IMG/VR virus record: IMGVR_UViG_3300028048_000043
Source: a virus
Taxonomy: Duplodnaviria > Heunggongvirae > Uroviricota > Caudoviricetes
Strand: one strand, 5' to 3'
DNA length: 64,000 nt
Each line of letters opens with the position of its first letter. Positions within the stretch are counted from its first letter, which is position 1. Both the position numbers and the translations under genes were made by a program. Shown piece after piece: positions 9,901 through 18,335 of this stretch. The notes below the pieces were generated by a model. That model saw only the letters and a list, made by a program, of their open reading frames with translations, was not told where the DNA came from and did not search any database.

Positions 9901-10152
9901 ACAAAAGAGCAATATATGAAACTTCTTAAATTTGCAGCGAAGAACGGCACAAGCTATTTTACATTTAATGTGATGGGAACGGTTTGTGAAGAGGACGGTT
10001 GCGGATTTATAAGCAAACATACTTTTGATCATTGTCCAAAATGCGGAAGTAAAAATATCAGTCACACTACAAGGATCATTGGGTATCTTAAAAAGATCAG
10101 GGATTTTAGTGAGCCAAGACAAGAAGAAGCAGCAAAAAGAGTGTATAACTAA
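6904..10152 (+). CDS. nrdD: class III (anaerobic) ribonucleotide reductase with intein
   Basis: N-terminal ATP-cone-like start, PYCVA, SLSSC|CRL finger loop (interrupted by an intein), C-terminal CxxxxC...CPKC zinc site and TRIIGYL glycyl-radical motif. Confidence 0.95.
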   Translation: MNVRKSDGSIEEYSAEKVKKGIREAFEAVGEVCDDAVLSLIEGNLYNYENISSSEIERQVSESLMSINKKAARKYLDKASENKVLKKNDDFVRNYIAASNAATGSKYDSNANVSNKNIVTLGQELHKGENIQQNRYIMQNKIKQLYSKKLADQYIYDLEHHIIYRHDESGTPGYPYCVAITMYPFLTDGLTKLGGLSIAPTDLKSYCGEFINLVYSVSSQFMGAVATPEFLLYMDYFIRKDYGEDYLNHLDDVVENNRKHRTLEQVIENSFQQVVHSMNMPAGNRGYQTVFWNVSYFDRPYFEGVFGDFVFPDGTKPKWETLSWLQKKFMNWFCSERDKYAVMTFPVETLAMLTDGGDGFVDQEYADFAAEMWSKGHSFFCYLSDSPDSLSSCCFSKNQKVLWKSSTSGVNLTTLEELHNLNWEPYKKNLRIFHNGSWVSGKSIKLPNRKMYKVVTENNKEIYMTDNHINVTIDGEKQTSELTVNDYLMFNTMALNAVPENDEHLTYEQGFAVGAFLGDGSFGRRFDDGVIYDVNFSQNKNKYEKCMSMIDAANSQLGGETVSCLSSVYNNVYPVRICSKKLVAFIQRWTNWKEGTLYYNKELNLDCLLQSIEFRKGILDGWYNTDGGNSNRCYTTSQKLAECMEALITSLGMQSIIDISDRTDEKVVIRGKEYNRNYPLYCVRWYEQANHRTNKDTERSWAKKNNSIYFKIKSIEEVEYLDDVYCIECKNEKEPYFTLPCGLITHNCRLRNALKDNAEDDLNHTTHQFSMGTASVATGSKCVMTIDLNRAVQDATRKYFKDVVGTELNPGEKLHNVSEKEREGIYLYICDYINELTERVHKYLTSFNAIIKDFFNANMLTVYSAGFIDMRKQYLTVGVNGLTDAAEFMGIEITPNDEYEKFSGMILETINKCNKRDRTRDCMFNTEFIPGENVSYKHYEWDKKDGYYVSPKHNMYSSYFYNPEDPNISILDKFVLHGRRFSSMCDGGMALHANQKEIGTKEQYMKLLKFAAKNGTSYFTFNVMGTVCEEDGCGFISKHTFDHCPKCGSKNISHTTRIIGYLKKIRDFSEPRQEEAAKRVYN
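8083..9144 (+). mobile_element. intein with LAGLIDADG homing endonuclease in nrdD (354 aa)
   Basis: Starts CFSKNQKV, block B MTDNH, two LAGLIDADG-like helices (GAFLGDGSF, GWYNTDGG), ends LITHN followed by Cys+1. Removal restores SLSSCCRL. Confidence 0.95.
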
Positions 10153-10153
10153 T

Positions 10154-10372
10154 ATGACATTTCAAATCTATAGAAAACCAGGATGGATATTAAATCCGAA
10201 CGATAAAGTTGTAAACGGTATTATCAATGGGCTGAATAGATGTGACGGTCACTGTCCGTGCCACAACAAATATGCTGGAACAGATGACGACATTTGTCCA
10301 TGTAAAGCATACAGGGAAGAAGATTGTTGCTGTTGCGGATTGTACGTTTATCCTAAAAAACAAGAATCTTAA
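10154..10372 (+). CDS. ferredoxin:thioredoxin reductase catalytic (beta) subunit-like protein (72 aa)
   Basis: ATG 1 nt after the nrdD stop. MTFQIYRKPGWILNPNDKVV...GHCPC...ICPC...CCCCGLYV reproduces the CPC/CPC/CxC-GL pattern of FTR catalytic chains. Confidence 0.8.
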   Translation: MTFQIYRKPGWILNPNDKVVNGIINGLNRCDGHCPCHNKYAGTDDDICPCKAYREEDCCCCGLYVYPKKQES

Positions 10373-10387
10373 TTTTAGAAAATTCCG

Positions 10388-10397
10388 TATATTTGCA
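10388..10397 (+). promoter_or_regulatory. Bacteroidota-type -7 promoter element
   Basis: ccgTATATTTGCaaaa upstream of the ORF at 10418. Confidence 0.7.
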
Positions 10398-10417
10398 AAA
10401 ATGTACGGAATTTTTAT

Positions 10418-10660
10418 ATGAGTGAGATTAACAAAGAAAAATCGCCTGGACTACCCTTGGACGTGATGGTTGGAATTTATCAGAAAACGCTCGCGTATTC
10501 TCTTGAAAGCGTTAAGGTAAATCCTGACGGAACGACAACACATTTACACTCCAATGAATTTTTGGATAAACATCCAGAAAGACGCGATTCGCCTGAATTC
10601 ACAGAAGACGAAGAAAAAGAACAGGTGAAATTTATTGCAGCCGCAGCAAAAATATTTTAA
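10418..10660 (+). CDS. hypothetical protein (80 aa)
   Basis: ORF directly downstream of a promoter box, with phage-like codon usage. Confidence 0.65.
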   Translation: MSEINKEKSPGLPLDVMVGIYQKTLAYSLESVKVNPDGTTTHLHSNEFLDKHPERRDSPEFTEDEEKEQVKFIAAAAKIF

Positions 10661-10711
10661 TTTTGAAATTTTTTAACATTTTGCATATTATAAGAAACTG
10701 ACCGATCTATA

Positions 10712-11515
10712 ATGAAAGTTTATTTGTGCGCAATTGGAAAAAATGAAAATCGTTATATAAAAGAATGGGTTGATTATCATCTTTCCATAGGTTTTGATAA
10801 AATAATACTTTTTGATAACAATGATGTTGATGGAGAACGTTTTGAAACCGTCCTTCAATCGTATGTATACGATGATAAAGTAGAGCTTGTTTATGTTAGG
10901 GGCAAAGAAAAACAGCAGTTGCCATCATATGAATATGCTTATAAAAGGTATGAGTCAGTTTGCGATTGGATGGCGTTCTTCGATTGTGATGAATTTCTAA
11001 CGTTCGCAGACGGTGTAGATCTTAAGCATTGGATTTTTTATCTTGATAAAATTAATCTAGGTGTAGACTGCATTTATGTTAATTGGATGTGTTACGGAGA
11101 CTGTGAAAACCTTTTCTATGACAATAAACCGGTTTTAGAAAGGTTTCCGGATCCGCTTCCTTTTCATAAGTGCACAATATACGAGTTCCCTCAAAATTGT
11201 CATGTAAAGTCAATTGTAAAGACTGGCTCGAAAACTATTTCTTTTTCAAATCCTCATACGCCGGACAACAATAATTTTATATATTGTTCTCCGTCTGGTT
11301 GTGTTTTGAGTCATTATACTCCATTCCTTAGTTATGATTATAGCTTTGCTTGGCTTAGACATTATACAACAAAAACAATTTCAGAATGGAAGGATAAAAT
11401 GAATAAAGGTTATCCAGATCAATCAAAGGAAGAATCTAAGAAAAATCTTACATTTGATATGTTCTTTAAGTGGAACGAAAAAACAGAAGAAAAGTTGAAG
11501 ATAGCGAATGAATAA
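10712..11515 (+). CDS. GT-A glycosyltransferase (GT92/DUF23- or Glyco_tranf_2_4-like)
   Basis: LCAIGKNENRYIKEWVDYHLSIGFDKIILFDNN N-terminus, WMAFFDCDEF (DxD), KSIV, LRHY motifs. Confidence 0.8.
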   Translation: MKVYLCAIGKNENRYIKEWVDYHLSIGFDKIILFDNNDVDGERFETVLQSYVYDDKVELVYVRGKEKQQLPSYEYAYKRYESVCDWMAFFDCDEFLTFADGVDLKHWIFYLDKINLGVDCIYVNWMCYGDCENLFYDNKPVLERFPDPLPFHKCTIYEFPQNCHVKSIVKTGSKTISFSNPHTPDNNNFIYCSPSGCVLSHYTPFLSYDYSFAWLRHYTTKTISEWKDKMNKGYPDQSKEESKKNLTFDMFFKWNEKTEEKLKIANE

Positions 11516-12266
11516 AGACGACGAGTTTCAGATTTATATGTTAACTCATAAAATCCCTGAATATGGACTTTGGGATAATGAGTACTTTACGCCCTTACAT
11601 TGTGGAAAAGCGTTAACCGATGAATATGTCTGTGATGTTTGTGACAACACGGGCGACAATATCTCATCCAAGAACAGAACTTATCTTGAAGCGACAGGGA
11701 TATATTGGATATGGAAGAATACAGATCATGATCTGGTTGGTCAATGCCAATATAGGAGACGTTTATTTACAAGACCTTTGTTTGTTTTTAAAAATATATT
11801 GAAAGACAACGATATAATTGTTGCGAAACATCTTTCTGTTCCTGTTTATAAACAATATGCGGTGTGTCATAATTCAGATGATATGGATGTTTGCGGAAAC
11901 ATCATACATGACAAGTTTCCTGAGTTTTATGATCCATATGTGAAATACATCGTCAACGGAAACATACTTTTTTATTCTAATGGGTTTATAACACATCGAA
12001 CAATATATAATGGTTTGTGCGAATTCTGTTTCGGCGTGATTGAACAATATGAGAAAGAGTTGGATCTTGAAACATATGATGATTGGTTAAATAGAGCAAA
12101 ATTGTGTGAAAATAAAGGAAATCCTCACAACGAAATAAGAAACATAGAATATCAAGCTAGGATAGGAGGGGCGCTGTTCGAAAGATTATCTACATTATAC
12201 ATATTAACGACATGCAAAAATATTATAGAGACTCCTTATTTGAAAATGGAAGAAAACATACTATAA
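11508..12266 (+). CDS. DUF4422-family glycosyltransferase
   Basis: THK, GDNISSKNRTYLEATGIYWIWKN, VGQCQYRR and GALFERL patterns typical of DUF4422; overlaps the preceding GT. Confidence 0.75.
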   Translation: MNKDDEFQIYMLTHKIPEYGLWDNEYFTPLHCGKALTDEYVCDVCDNTGDNISSKNRTYLEATGIYWIWKNTDHDLVGQCQYRRRLFTRPLFVFKNILKDNDIIVAKHLSVPVYKQYAVCHNSDDMDVCGNIIHDKFPEFYDPYVKYIVNGNILFYSNGFITHRTIYNGLCEFCFGVIEQYEKELDLETYDDWLNRAKLCENKGNPHNEIRNIEYQARIGGALFERLSTLYILTTCKNIIETPYLKMEENIL

Positions 12267-12281
12267 ATAAGGATTTTTCCG

Positions 12282-12291
12282 TATATTTGCA
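12282..12291 (+). promoter_or_regulatory. Bacteroidota-type -7 promoter element (helicase operon)
   Basis: ccgTATATTTGCaaaa. Confidence 0.7.
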
Positions 12292-12313
12292 AAAATAAAA
12301 TTTATTTGGCTGA

Positions 12314-13918
12314 ATGGCAGCTAATCAGACAAACACTTACATACAAAATATATTTTATCATTATATTCTTTCTGAACCAAGTTTAGCCACAAAATTTGAA
12401 CCAGAATTTTTCTTGGCAAAACCTGTTCAGATTTCGTTTAAACTTGCGAAAGAGTTTGTGATAAAATATCATTCTGAGCCCAGCGCCGATCAGATGAAGC
12501 AACTTACGAGACAAAACGGTCTTGAAGAACAGTTGCCGGATGATATCATCGATGCGTTATATTCTCAGAAACAGATGTTGGCTAGTTATCCTGAAGAGTG
12601 GTTATATGATGAAACCACCGACTGGGCTATGCTTGAGAACGTTAAAAAGGCTATATATGAAGCGGCCGCGTATCTTAAGCTTAACCAGGATAATATGGAA
12701 AGCGGGAAAGCGAGGGAAATTGTTGAACACATAAAGACCATGTTCAACAGAACATGCGTTCTTGAGTTCGCTGACACCGTTGATCACGGTTCCGATTTCT
12801 GGGATGCTGAGAGTCATAAACAGAAAAAGATGGTGCGTCGTCCAAGTGGGTTCCCGTTCATCGATTATTGTCTCAATGGCGGTTGGTTCGACGGATGCCT
12901 TGCTTGCTTTGTCGGTGCCCCAAAAATCGGCAAATCCCTTTGGTTGCAGAATCTATGTGCAGAGTCAGTTAAGGCTGGTGAAAACTCAGCATACATAACT
13001 CTTGAGCTTCCTGAAGAGATGGTAAACTCAAGAATGGGTTCAAACATGTTTTCAATACCATCTTTGGAATACGATAAGTATTCAGCCGACACAGCAAAAT
13101 TCAAAGAGATAATGAACAATTACAGAAAGAGTTGTTTGTTAAAGCCAGGAGAGCTTCTTGTTAAGTTTTTCCCAACATCAACACTGACTGTCATTGAACT
13201 CGAATCGTTCCTTCTTTCCGAAGAGGAGAGGCGTTCAACTCCAGAAAACCAATTTAAGTTCAAAAATGTGTTTGTGGATTACATAAACATCATGAGAAAT
13301 TATCGTAATCCAAATTCAGAGAACACCTACATGAAGATTAAGCAAATCGCAGAGGACCTGAAAGCTATGGGCGCTAAAAACGGATGGGCTATAATAACTG
13401 CAACACAAACAAATCGAGCTCAGTTTGATACAAATGATGTGTCAGCATCTAACGTTGCAGAATCTACAGCTCTTGGAGCGACTGTCGATGTCATGTTTGG
13501 TCTTATCGCTGATCCAATGATGAAAGCAAAAGGAGAATATTATTGCAAATGTATATATGATCGAGTGTCGCCGCAAGAGAATAAGAAAAAGAAATATAAC
13601 TGTAATTTCAATTTCTTGAGGTTGACTGAAGACCCGAATGAAAAAATCATTGAGGTTGATTTTACTTTCCCTCAGACCACTCTTCCTGGTGGAAGAAAAC
13701 GCGGCAACGGTAAACCTGGTTCCGACCAGCAATTTGAACCAGGAAAACCATCTGCCGCTATACAACCAAACACAGAGTTTGACGTCCCGCAACCGCAGAC
13801 AGCTAGCGTTGACCTATTTGCAAACAACGGTGGAACCGGAAACGTCTCTGAATTTTCAGGTCAACCAAATAACACAGCAACCCCTCTTATAAAAATAACC
13901 GGAATGGGAATGTTTTAG
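12314..13918 (+). CDS. DnaB-like replicative helicase (T4 gp41-like)
   Basis: Walker A GAPKIGKS, YITLEL, Walker B FVDYINIM, TATQTNR; Pro/Gln-rich C-terminal extension. Confidence 0.92.
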   Translation: MAANQTNTYIQNIFYHYILSEPSLATKFEPEFFLAKPVQISFKLAKEFVIKYHSEPSADQMKQLTRQNGLEEQLPDDIIDALYSQKQMLASYPEEWLYDETTDWAMLENVKKAIYEAAAYLKLNQDNMESGKAREIVEHIKTMFNRTCVLEFADTVDHGSDFWDAESHKQKKMVRRPSGFPFIDYCLNGGWFDGCLACFVGAPKIGKSLWLQNLCAESVKAGENSAYITLELPEEMVNSRMGSNMFSIPSLEYDKYSADTAKFKEIMNNYRKSCLLKPGELLVKFFPTSTLTVIELESFLLSEEERRSTPENQFKFKNVFVDYINIMRNYRNPNSENTYMKIKQIAEDLKAMGAKNGWAIITATQTNRAQFDTNDVSASNVAESTALGATVDVMFGLIADPMMKAKGEYYCKCIYDRVSPQENKKKKYNCNFNFLRLTEDPNEKIIEVDFTFPQTTLPGGRKRGNGKPGSDQQFEPGKPSAAIQPNTEFDVPQPQTASVDLFANNGGTGNVSEFSGQPNNTATPLIKITGMGMF

Positions 13919-13921
13919 TTT

Positions 13922-14380
13922 ATGGAAGATAAGATTTTTAACAGTAATTTTGACAATGTAGAATATGGCACAGAGAGATCTTCTCAGTCATCAATATCTA
14001 TTGATCCGGCAGCTGAGAGGTATTACGAGGAAAGTATGAGCGAAAACATCGAGGATCTTTATACAGAAAGGAGACTTCGAGATATAATGTCAAAAATATA
14101 TGACGAATCCGAGTTTAAGGACAAATACAGCGACATTCCTAAAAAGATAGAACGTCGCGATATGTTCAAAATTTATTACTATTTTAAAGACGAACTGAAC
14201 AAAATAGGAGAATTTAATATCGTTCAGATATTTTGCGCTATTGCTGAATTTTTTGATATGAATTATAGAACTTTGTATAAAGACGTCATAACTCTTGAAG
14301 ATAAAGCCGAGATTCTTGAATTGATTGAGGAGCAGAACGGAATAGAAAAACATGTCTCAAAATCTAAAAAACTTTTCTAA
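13922..14380 (+). CDS. hypothetical protein (152 aa)
   Basis: ORF fills the operon between helicase and nuclease; TAATG overlap with the next gene; ends in KKLF. Confidence 0.7.
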   Translation: MEDKIFNSNFDNVEYGTERSSQSSISIDPAAERYYEESMSENIEDLYTERRLRDIMSKIYDESEFKDKYSDIPKKIERRDMFKIYYYFKDELNKIGEFNIVQIFCAIAEFFDMNYRTLYKDVITLEDKAEILELIEEQNGIEKHVSKSKKLF

Positions 14381-15492
14381 TGGCTGGAATAAGAACAGTT
14401 AGCAGACCTGATGTTGATGAGGTCATTTTCATATCTGATGTTCACTTTGATAAAAAGAGAACGTCTCTTGAGTGGAATCAGAATATAGTAGAATATTTTG
14501 ATAATTTTTTCATCCCGTTGATTAGGAAAGAAATGACAAAGGGTCGCCGTCCTGTTGTCGTATTCGCCGGGGATTATTTTGATAACAGACAGACTGTTGA
14601 CATAGATGTTATGAACAAGGCGGCTGATGTTATGATTAGGATAGCGTCGGTTTGCTCAGTTTATGTTATGATAGGGAATCACGACATCTACAAAAAGACT
14701 GATACAAGCATTACAACGTTGCGTGTTATAGAGAATTTCAAAAACGTTGATCTTATACGAGACAGAATGGTTTTGTCAATAAAAAACGATAGAACATTCA
14801 TGTTGAACTCCTGGATAGGAGACTGCACAAAGGAAAGCAAGTTGATTCAGAAATATAAAGACAAGTATGATTTTCTTGTATTTCATACAGAGATATCCGG
14901 GATGAGTTACGATAACGGAAGACAGATAACGAACGGAATCAATTTGAGTACCGTTGGAGACGATTGTCGTATATTATCTGGTCACATTCATAAGAGACAG
15001 GAATCAAAGAAAGCCCTTTATTTCGGATCCCCGTATGAAATTACAATCGAGGACATGGGAAACGTTAAAGGTATATATACTTTTTATGTTAATGACGACA
15101 ACGAAATTATTAGAGAATTTCACGAAAACACATATTCTCCAAAACAGCTTATAGTAGAGTATAACGACTACGGGAAAGAACTTGAAAAATGGAAGTTCAT
15201 TGAAAATAATTACGTGAAAATCTATTTTGAACCAGGCCAATTCAAAAAAGTTAACGTGAATAAATTGTCTGATGATTTGCAAACTTTCAATCCACGAAAG
15301 CTCGAATTCATAGAAAAAAAGAGAGAGAAATTGGAGAAGGAGGTTAAACAGGTAGCAAAAGATGCTACAATATATGATATCTTTGAAGAAAAGGTCTCCG
15401 CAAGAGAGAATATGACGGACGACACAAAGAACGAACTTATGAAAATAAACAAGGAATATATCAAGAGAGCCGAGGAGGAGCTTGCACAATGA
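14380..15492 (+). CDS. Mre11/SbcD-like recombination endonuclease (T4 gp47-like)
   Basis: SDVHF, AGDYFD, GNHD, VFH, SGHIH metallophosphoesterase motifs; paired with the Rad50-like gene. Confidence 0.92.
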   Translation: MAGIRTVSRPDVDEVIFISDVHFDKKRTSLEWNQNIVEYFDNFFIPLIRKEMTKGRRPVVVFAGDYFDNRQTVDIDVMNKAADVMIRIASVCSVYVMIGNHDIYKKTDTSITTLRVIENFKNVDLIRDRMVLSIKNDRTFMLNSWIGDCTKESKLIQKYKDKYDFLVFHTEISGMSYDNGRQITNGINLSTVGDDCRILSGHIHKRQESKKALYFGSPYEITIEDMGNVKGIYTFYVNDDNEIIREFHENTYSPKQLIVEYNDYGKELEKWKFIENNYVKIYFEPGQFKKVNVNKLSDDLQTFNPRKLEFIEKKREKLEKEVKQVAKDATIYDIFEEKVSARENMTDDTKNELMKINKEYIKRAEEELAQ

Positions 15493-17165
15493 AGATATTA
15501 AAACTTGAATGGAGAAATATATTCTCTTACGGTGATGATGTCACCACGATAGAATTTGGTGAGGATTCAAAACTTTGGCAACTTTCTGGTAGAAGCGGCT
15601 CCGGAAAAAGCAGTCTTCTGTCTATTCCAAAACTTCTTTTTTATGGAAAAACGGAGGGGTCAGATGGAAGAAGCGTGAGTGTTACTGCGATAGCAAACAG
15701 AATCAATAAAAAAGGTTGGATTCGAGGAACAATAAAGAAAGGAAACGATCTTTATATAATAGAGAGAACATTTTCTCCATCTGGTCTTGTTTTGTTTAAG
15801 AACGGCGAACAGATTGATAAAGCTGGAATGAAAAACATCCAAGATATTATTGAAGATGATGTTCTTGACGGGATGCCATATCACATATTTGCGAATGTGA
15901 TGACGCTTTCCCTCAATAATTTCAAGTCTTTCATATCAATGACTCCTGCTGATAAGCGAGCTATTATTGATAAGATATTTTCGCTTGAAATAATTAACAA
16001 GGTGTACGAGCTTATCAAAAAAGATATGAAGGATCTTGGAAACGAAATAAATTCAAGCAACAGTCAGATTTTTACATTGGATCAAATGTTAAAGACATCT
16101 ACGGCGGAACTTGAATCTCTTTCATCAAACCAGCCAGGATCAAAAGATAAGCTTTCTGAAATAAGTGCGAAACTAAGAAAAGTTTCTGAACTTTCTCAGC
16201 AACAAAATGCGTTGTATGCTGAGCATTATTCAAAGTACAACGAATTGAATCTTGCTCAGAATCAGATAAATCAGATTATATATCAAAAGAATGTCGAGCT
16301 TAATACAGTTCAACAGAAACTTAACTTGTTCAGTCAGGATAAGTGCCCTACATGTGGAACTCCTTTCAACACCGGTGATTTTGATGAACTGAGACAGGCT
16401 CTTGAAGATCAAAAGGTAAACATTCTTTCTGATATAGATGCTCAGACGGCTAATTTGGAAAAAGTGAAGGACGCTGTGTTGAAGTATACGTCTCTGTTAA
16501 ATGAGCTTAATTCAAATATACAGAAGATTAACACAAAGTACAATGAGCTCGTTGTTGAGTATAAAACCATCGAGGCTGTCCTTAATAGTGCCAACGAAGC
16601 AAACTCTATCAAGAACATCATAAAGGCAACGGAAGAAAGCAAAGCCGCTATGGAGAAGTCAATAGATGAATCGAACAGAAAGATGGATATACTTAACGTC
16701 ATGGAGGAAATGTATTCCGTTGACGGTATAAAGCAGGAGTTGATGAACAATTATATACCGACTCTTAACGAAGAAGTTGCAGACACTTTGTCTGCCCTCG
16801 GGTTTCCATATACACTGGAATTCGATTCTTATTTTGACGCACACCTTCAGGACGTTACAGGTGAAATAACGCCTCAGAGTCTTTCTACAGGAGAGCATAA
16901 AAAGGTTGACTTGACGGTGTTGTGCGCAATATTGAAAATGCTGAAAAGAAAGTATCCGCAGATTAATCTTGTTTGTCTGGATGAAACCGTGTCGTCTCTT
17001 GATTATGAAAGCTCGACAGACGTTATAAAATATCTTAAGGAGCTTTCAAAGAATATGGGAATGAACATTTTTATAGTTAGCCACACGACACTAGATGAAA
17101 ATCTTTTTGATGTACATTTAAGTGTAGAAAAGCCTTACGGATACAGCGTATTAAGTGTAATTTAA
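15489..17165 (+). CDS. Rad50/SbcC-like recombination ATPase (T4 gp46-like)
   Basis: Walker A GRSGSGKS, coiled coils with CPTCG zinc hook, signature LSTGE, Walker B CLDE, H-loop VSH. Confidence 0.93.
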   Translation: MKILKLEWRNIFSYGDDVTTIEFGEDSKLWQLSGRSGSGKSSLLSIPKLLFYGKTEGSDGRSVSVTAIANRINKKGWIRGTIKKGNDLYIIERTFSPSGLVLFKNGEQIDKAGMKNIQDIIEDDVLDGMPYHIFANVMTLSLNNFKSFISMTPADKRAIIDKIFSLEIINKVYELIKKDMKDLGNEINSSNSQIFTLDQMLKTSTAELESLSSNQPGSKDKLSEISAKLRKVSELSQQQNALYAEHYSKYNELNLAQNQINQIIYQKNVELNTVQQKLNLFSQDKCPTCGTPFNTGDFDELRQALEDQKVNILSDIDAQTANLEKVKDAVLKYTSLLNELNSNIQKINTKYNELVVEYKTIEAVLNSANEANSIKNIIKATEESKAAMEKSIDESNRKMDILNVMEEMYSVDGIKQELMNNYIPTLNEEVADTLSALGFPYTLEFDSYFDAHLQDVTGEITPQSLSTGEHKKVDLTVLCAILKMLKRKYPQINLVCLDETVSSLDYESSTDVIKYLKELSKNMGMNIFIVSHTTLDENLFDVHLSVEKPYGYSVLSVI

Positions 17166-17169
17166 TGAT

Positions 17170-18204
17170 ATGAAGCAGTTTAAAGATATAACGGAAAAAG
17201 AGTTGAAGTATCTTCGGACACACAGCGTTCATATAAAGGAGATGCTTGATATGGTTTATTTTAGAATCGTTGTCGGAGAAGGTGGATCGTTCAAAGTGTT
17301 GAGTGCGAAGGGAAGAGAACTTTCACTGATTGATTGTGTAGTAAATGACGTAAACGATCAGATTATGAAGTTCGCTCAGAGATTCGATCCATCTATAGAT
17401 AGTGAGATTTACGATACGTTTGGCGAATGCAACATAGGGTTTTTTTATCTTCCAGTTAAACAAACACGAACGATATCTTATGATAAGATGTGTGAGAGAA
17501 GCTTTATTTTATCCGACTTTTACACAAAAGATAAATCTAGGAAATCGACGTCTACGCTGATGCATATAATAAAGGGTGGAGATGCAGAAAATTCTCGGTT
17601 GTATAATTGCTATCCTCTTATAGATAACTTTGATAGGTTGCCGGACAACGTTGTTCCGACGGAAACCGATATGAACAACATTAGAGAATTAACAGGTGGA
17701 GATACTTTTTCAGGAAATAAAATAGAAGATATCGAGGGGATATTAATTGAGTCAGGCGGATACAAGTTTTTGTTAAAAGTTAATGATACTTCGCATTCTA
17801 TAGAAAAATCAACAAAGCTTATTTATAGAGATGTTATTCTTGAAGACTTTGTTAAAGTTATATCTGAAGAAAAAATAACGGATGCTTTTTCAAACAAAAA
17901 TTATCTCTGCGCAATGCAGGATCTTTTTATCGAGTATATAGATAGAAGTGATTTGCTTGCGAGAACTGTTATAGAACCAGAGGACACTCTTCCTCCGATT
18001 AAAGGATATATTGGAGATATATGTTATGAATATCTTAATTCGACAGTATCTTTAATATGTAAGAACAACGAAGTGTATAAAAACATATTAAGAATACTTC
18101 TGGTTGCGTTCAACGGTGGAGGAAAGCGTTTGTTTGACAGGTTCCCGGAGCAAAAGAAACAGATATTTGAAAAAATAATTTCATTAGTGAAAAGAAATCA
18201 ATAA
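17170..18204 (+). CDS. hypothetical protein, possibly a degenerate ATP-dependent ligase (Rnl2-like) fold
   Basis: IKEMLDMVYFRI aligns by eye with motif I (EKLDG). FGE, EGILIE and LLKV resemble motifs III, IV and V. The catalytic Lys is absent. The ORF itself is certain; the fold call is tentative. Confidence 0.4.
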   Translation: MKQFKDITEKELKYLRTHSVHIKEMLDMVYFRIVVGEGGSFKVLSAKGRELSLIDCVVNDVNDQIMKFAQRFDPSIDSEIYDTFGECNIGFFYLPVKQTRTISYDKMCERSFILSDFYTKDKSRKSTSTLMHIIKGGDAENSRLYNCYPLIDNFDRLPDNVVPTETDMNNIRELTGGDTFSGNKIEDIEGILIESGGYKFLLKVNDTSHSIEKSTKLIYRDVILEDFVKVISEEKITDAFSNKNYLCAMQDLFIEYIDRSDLLARTVIEPEDTLPPIKGYIGDICYEYLNSTVSLICKNNEVYKNILRILLVAFNGGGKRLFDRFPEQKKQIFEKIISLVKRNQ

Positions 18205-18212
18205 AATATCAG

Positions 18213-18222
18213 TATATTTGCA
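18213..18222 (+). promoter_or_regulatory. Bacteroidota-type -7 promoter element (SSB); an ATAAATA box also lies at 18255-18261
   Basis: cagTATATTTGCa upstream of the gp32-like gene. Confidence 0.65.
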
Positions 18223-18335
18223 TAGAAAAATAAATGCACATAGAATAAAATTGAATAAATAACATGTTCAGAGATGAACATTTATACATTCAATAAAATC
18301 ACTAAAGTTCAAAAAAATCAACAAAGTTTAAAATT

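Noticed and set aside
13916-13924. Helicase TAG stop in frame with the next ATG (TAG TTT ATG): read-through or code 15 recoding
   Set aside because: All long genes are intact under code 11, with no internal TAGs, and another TAG (34774) is a normal out-of-frame stop. In-frame adjacency occurs one time in three by chance.
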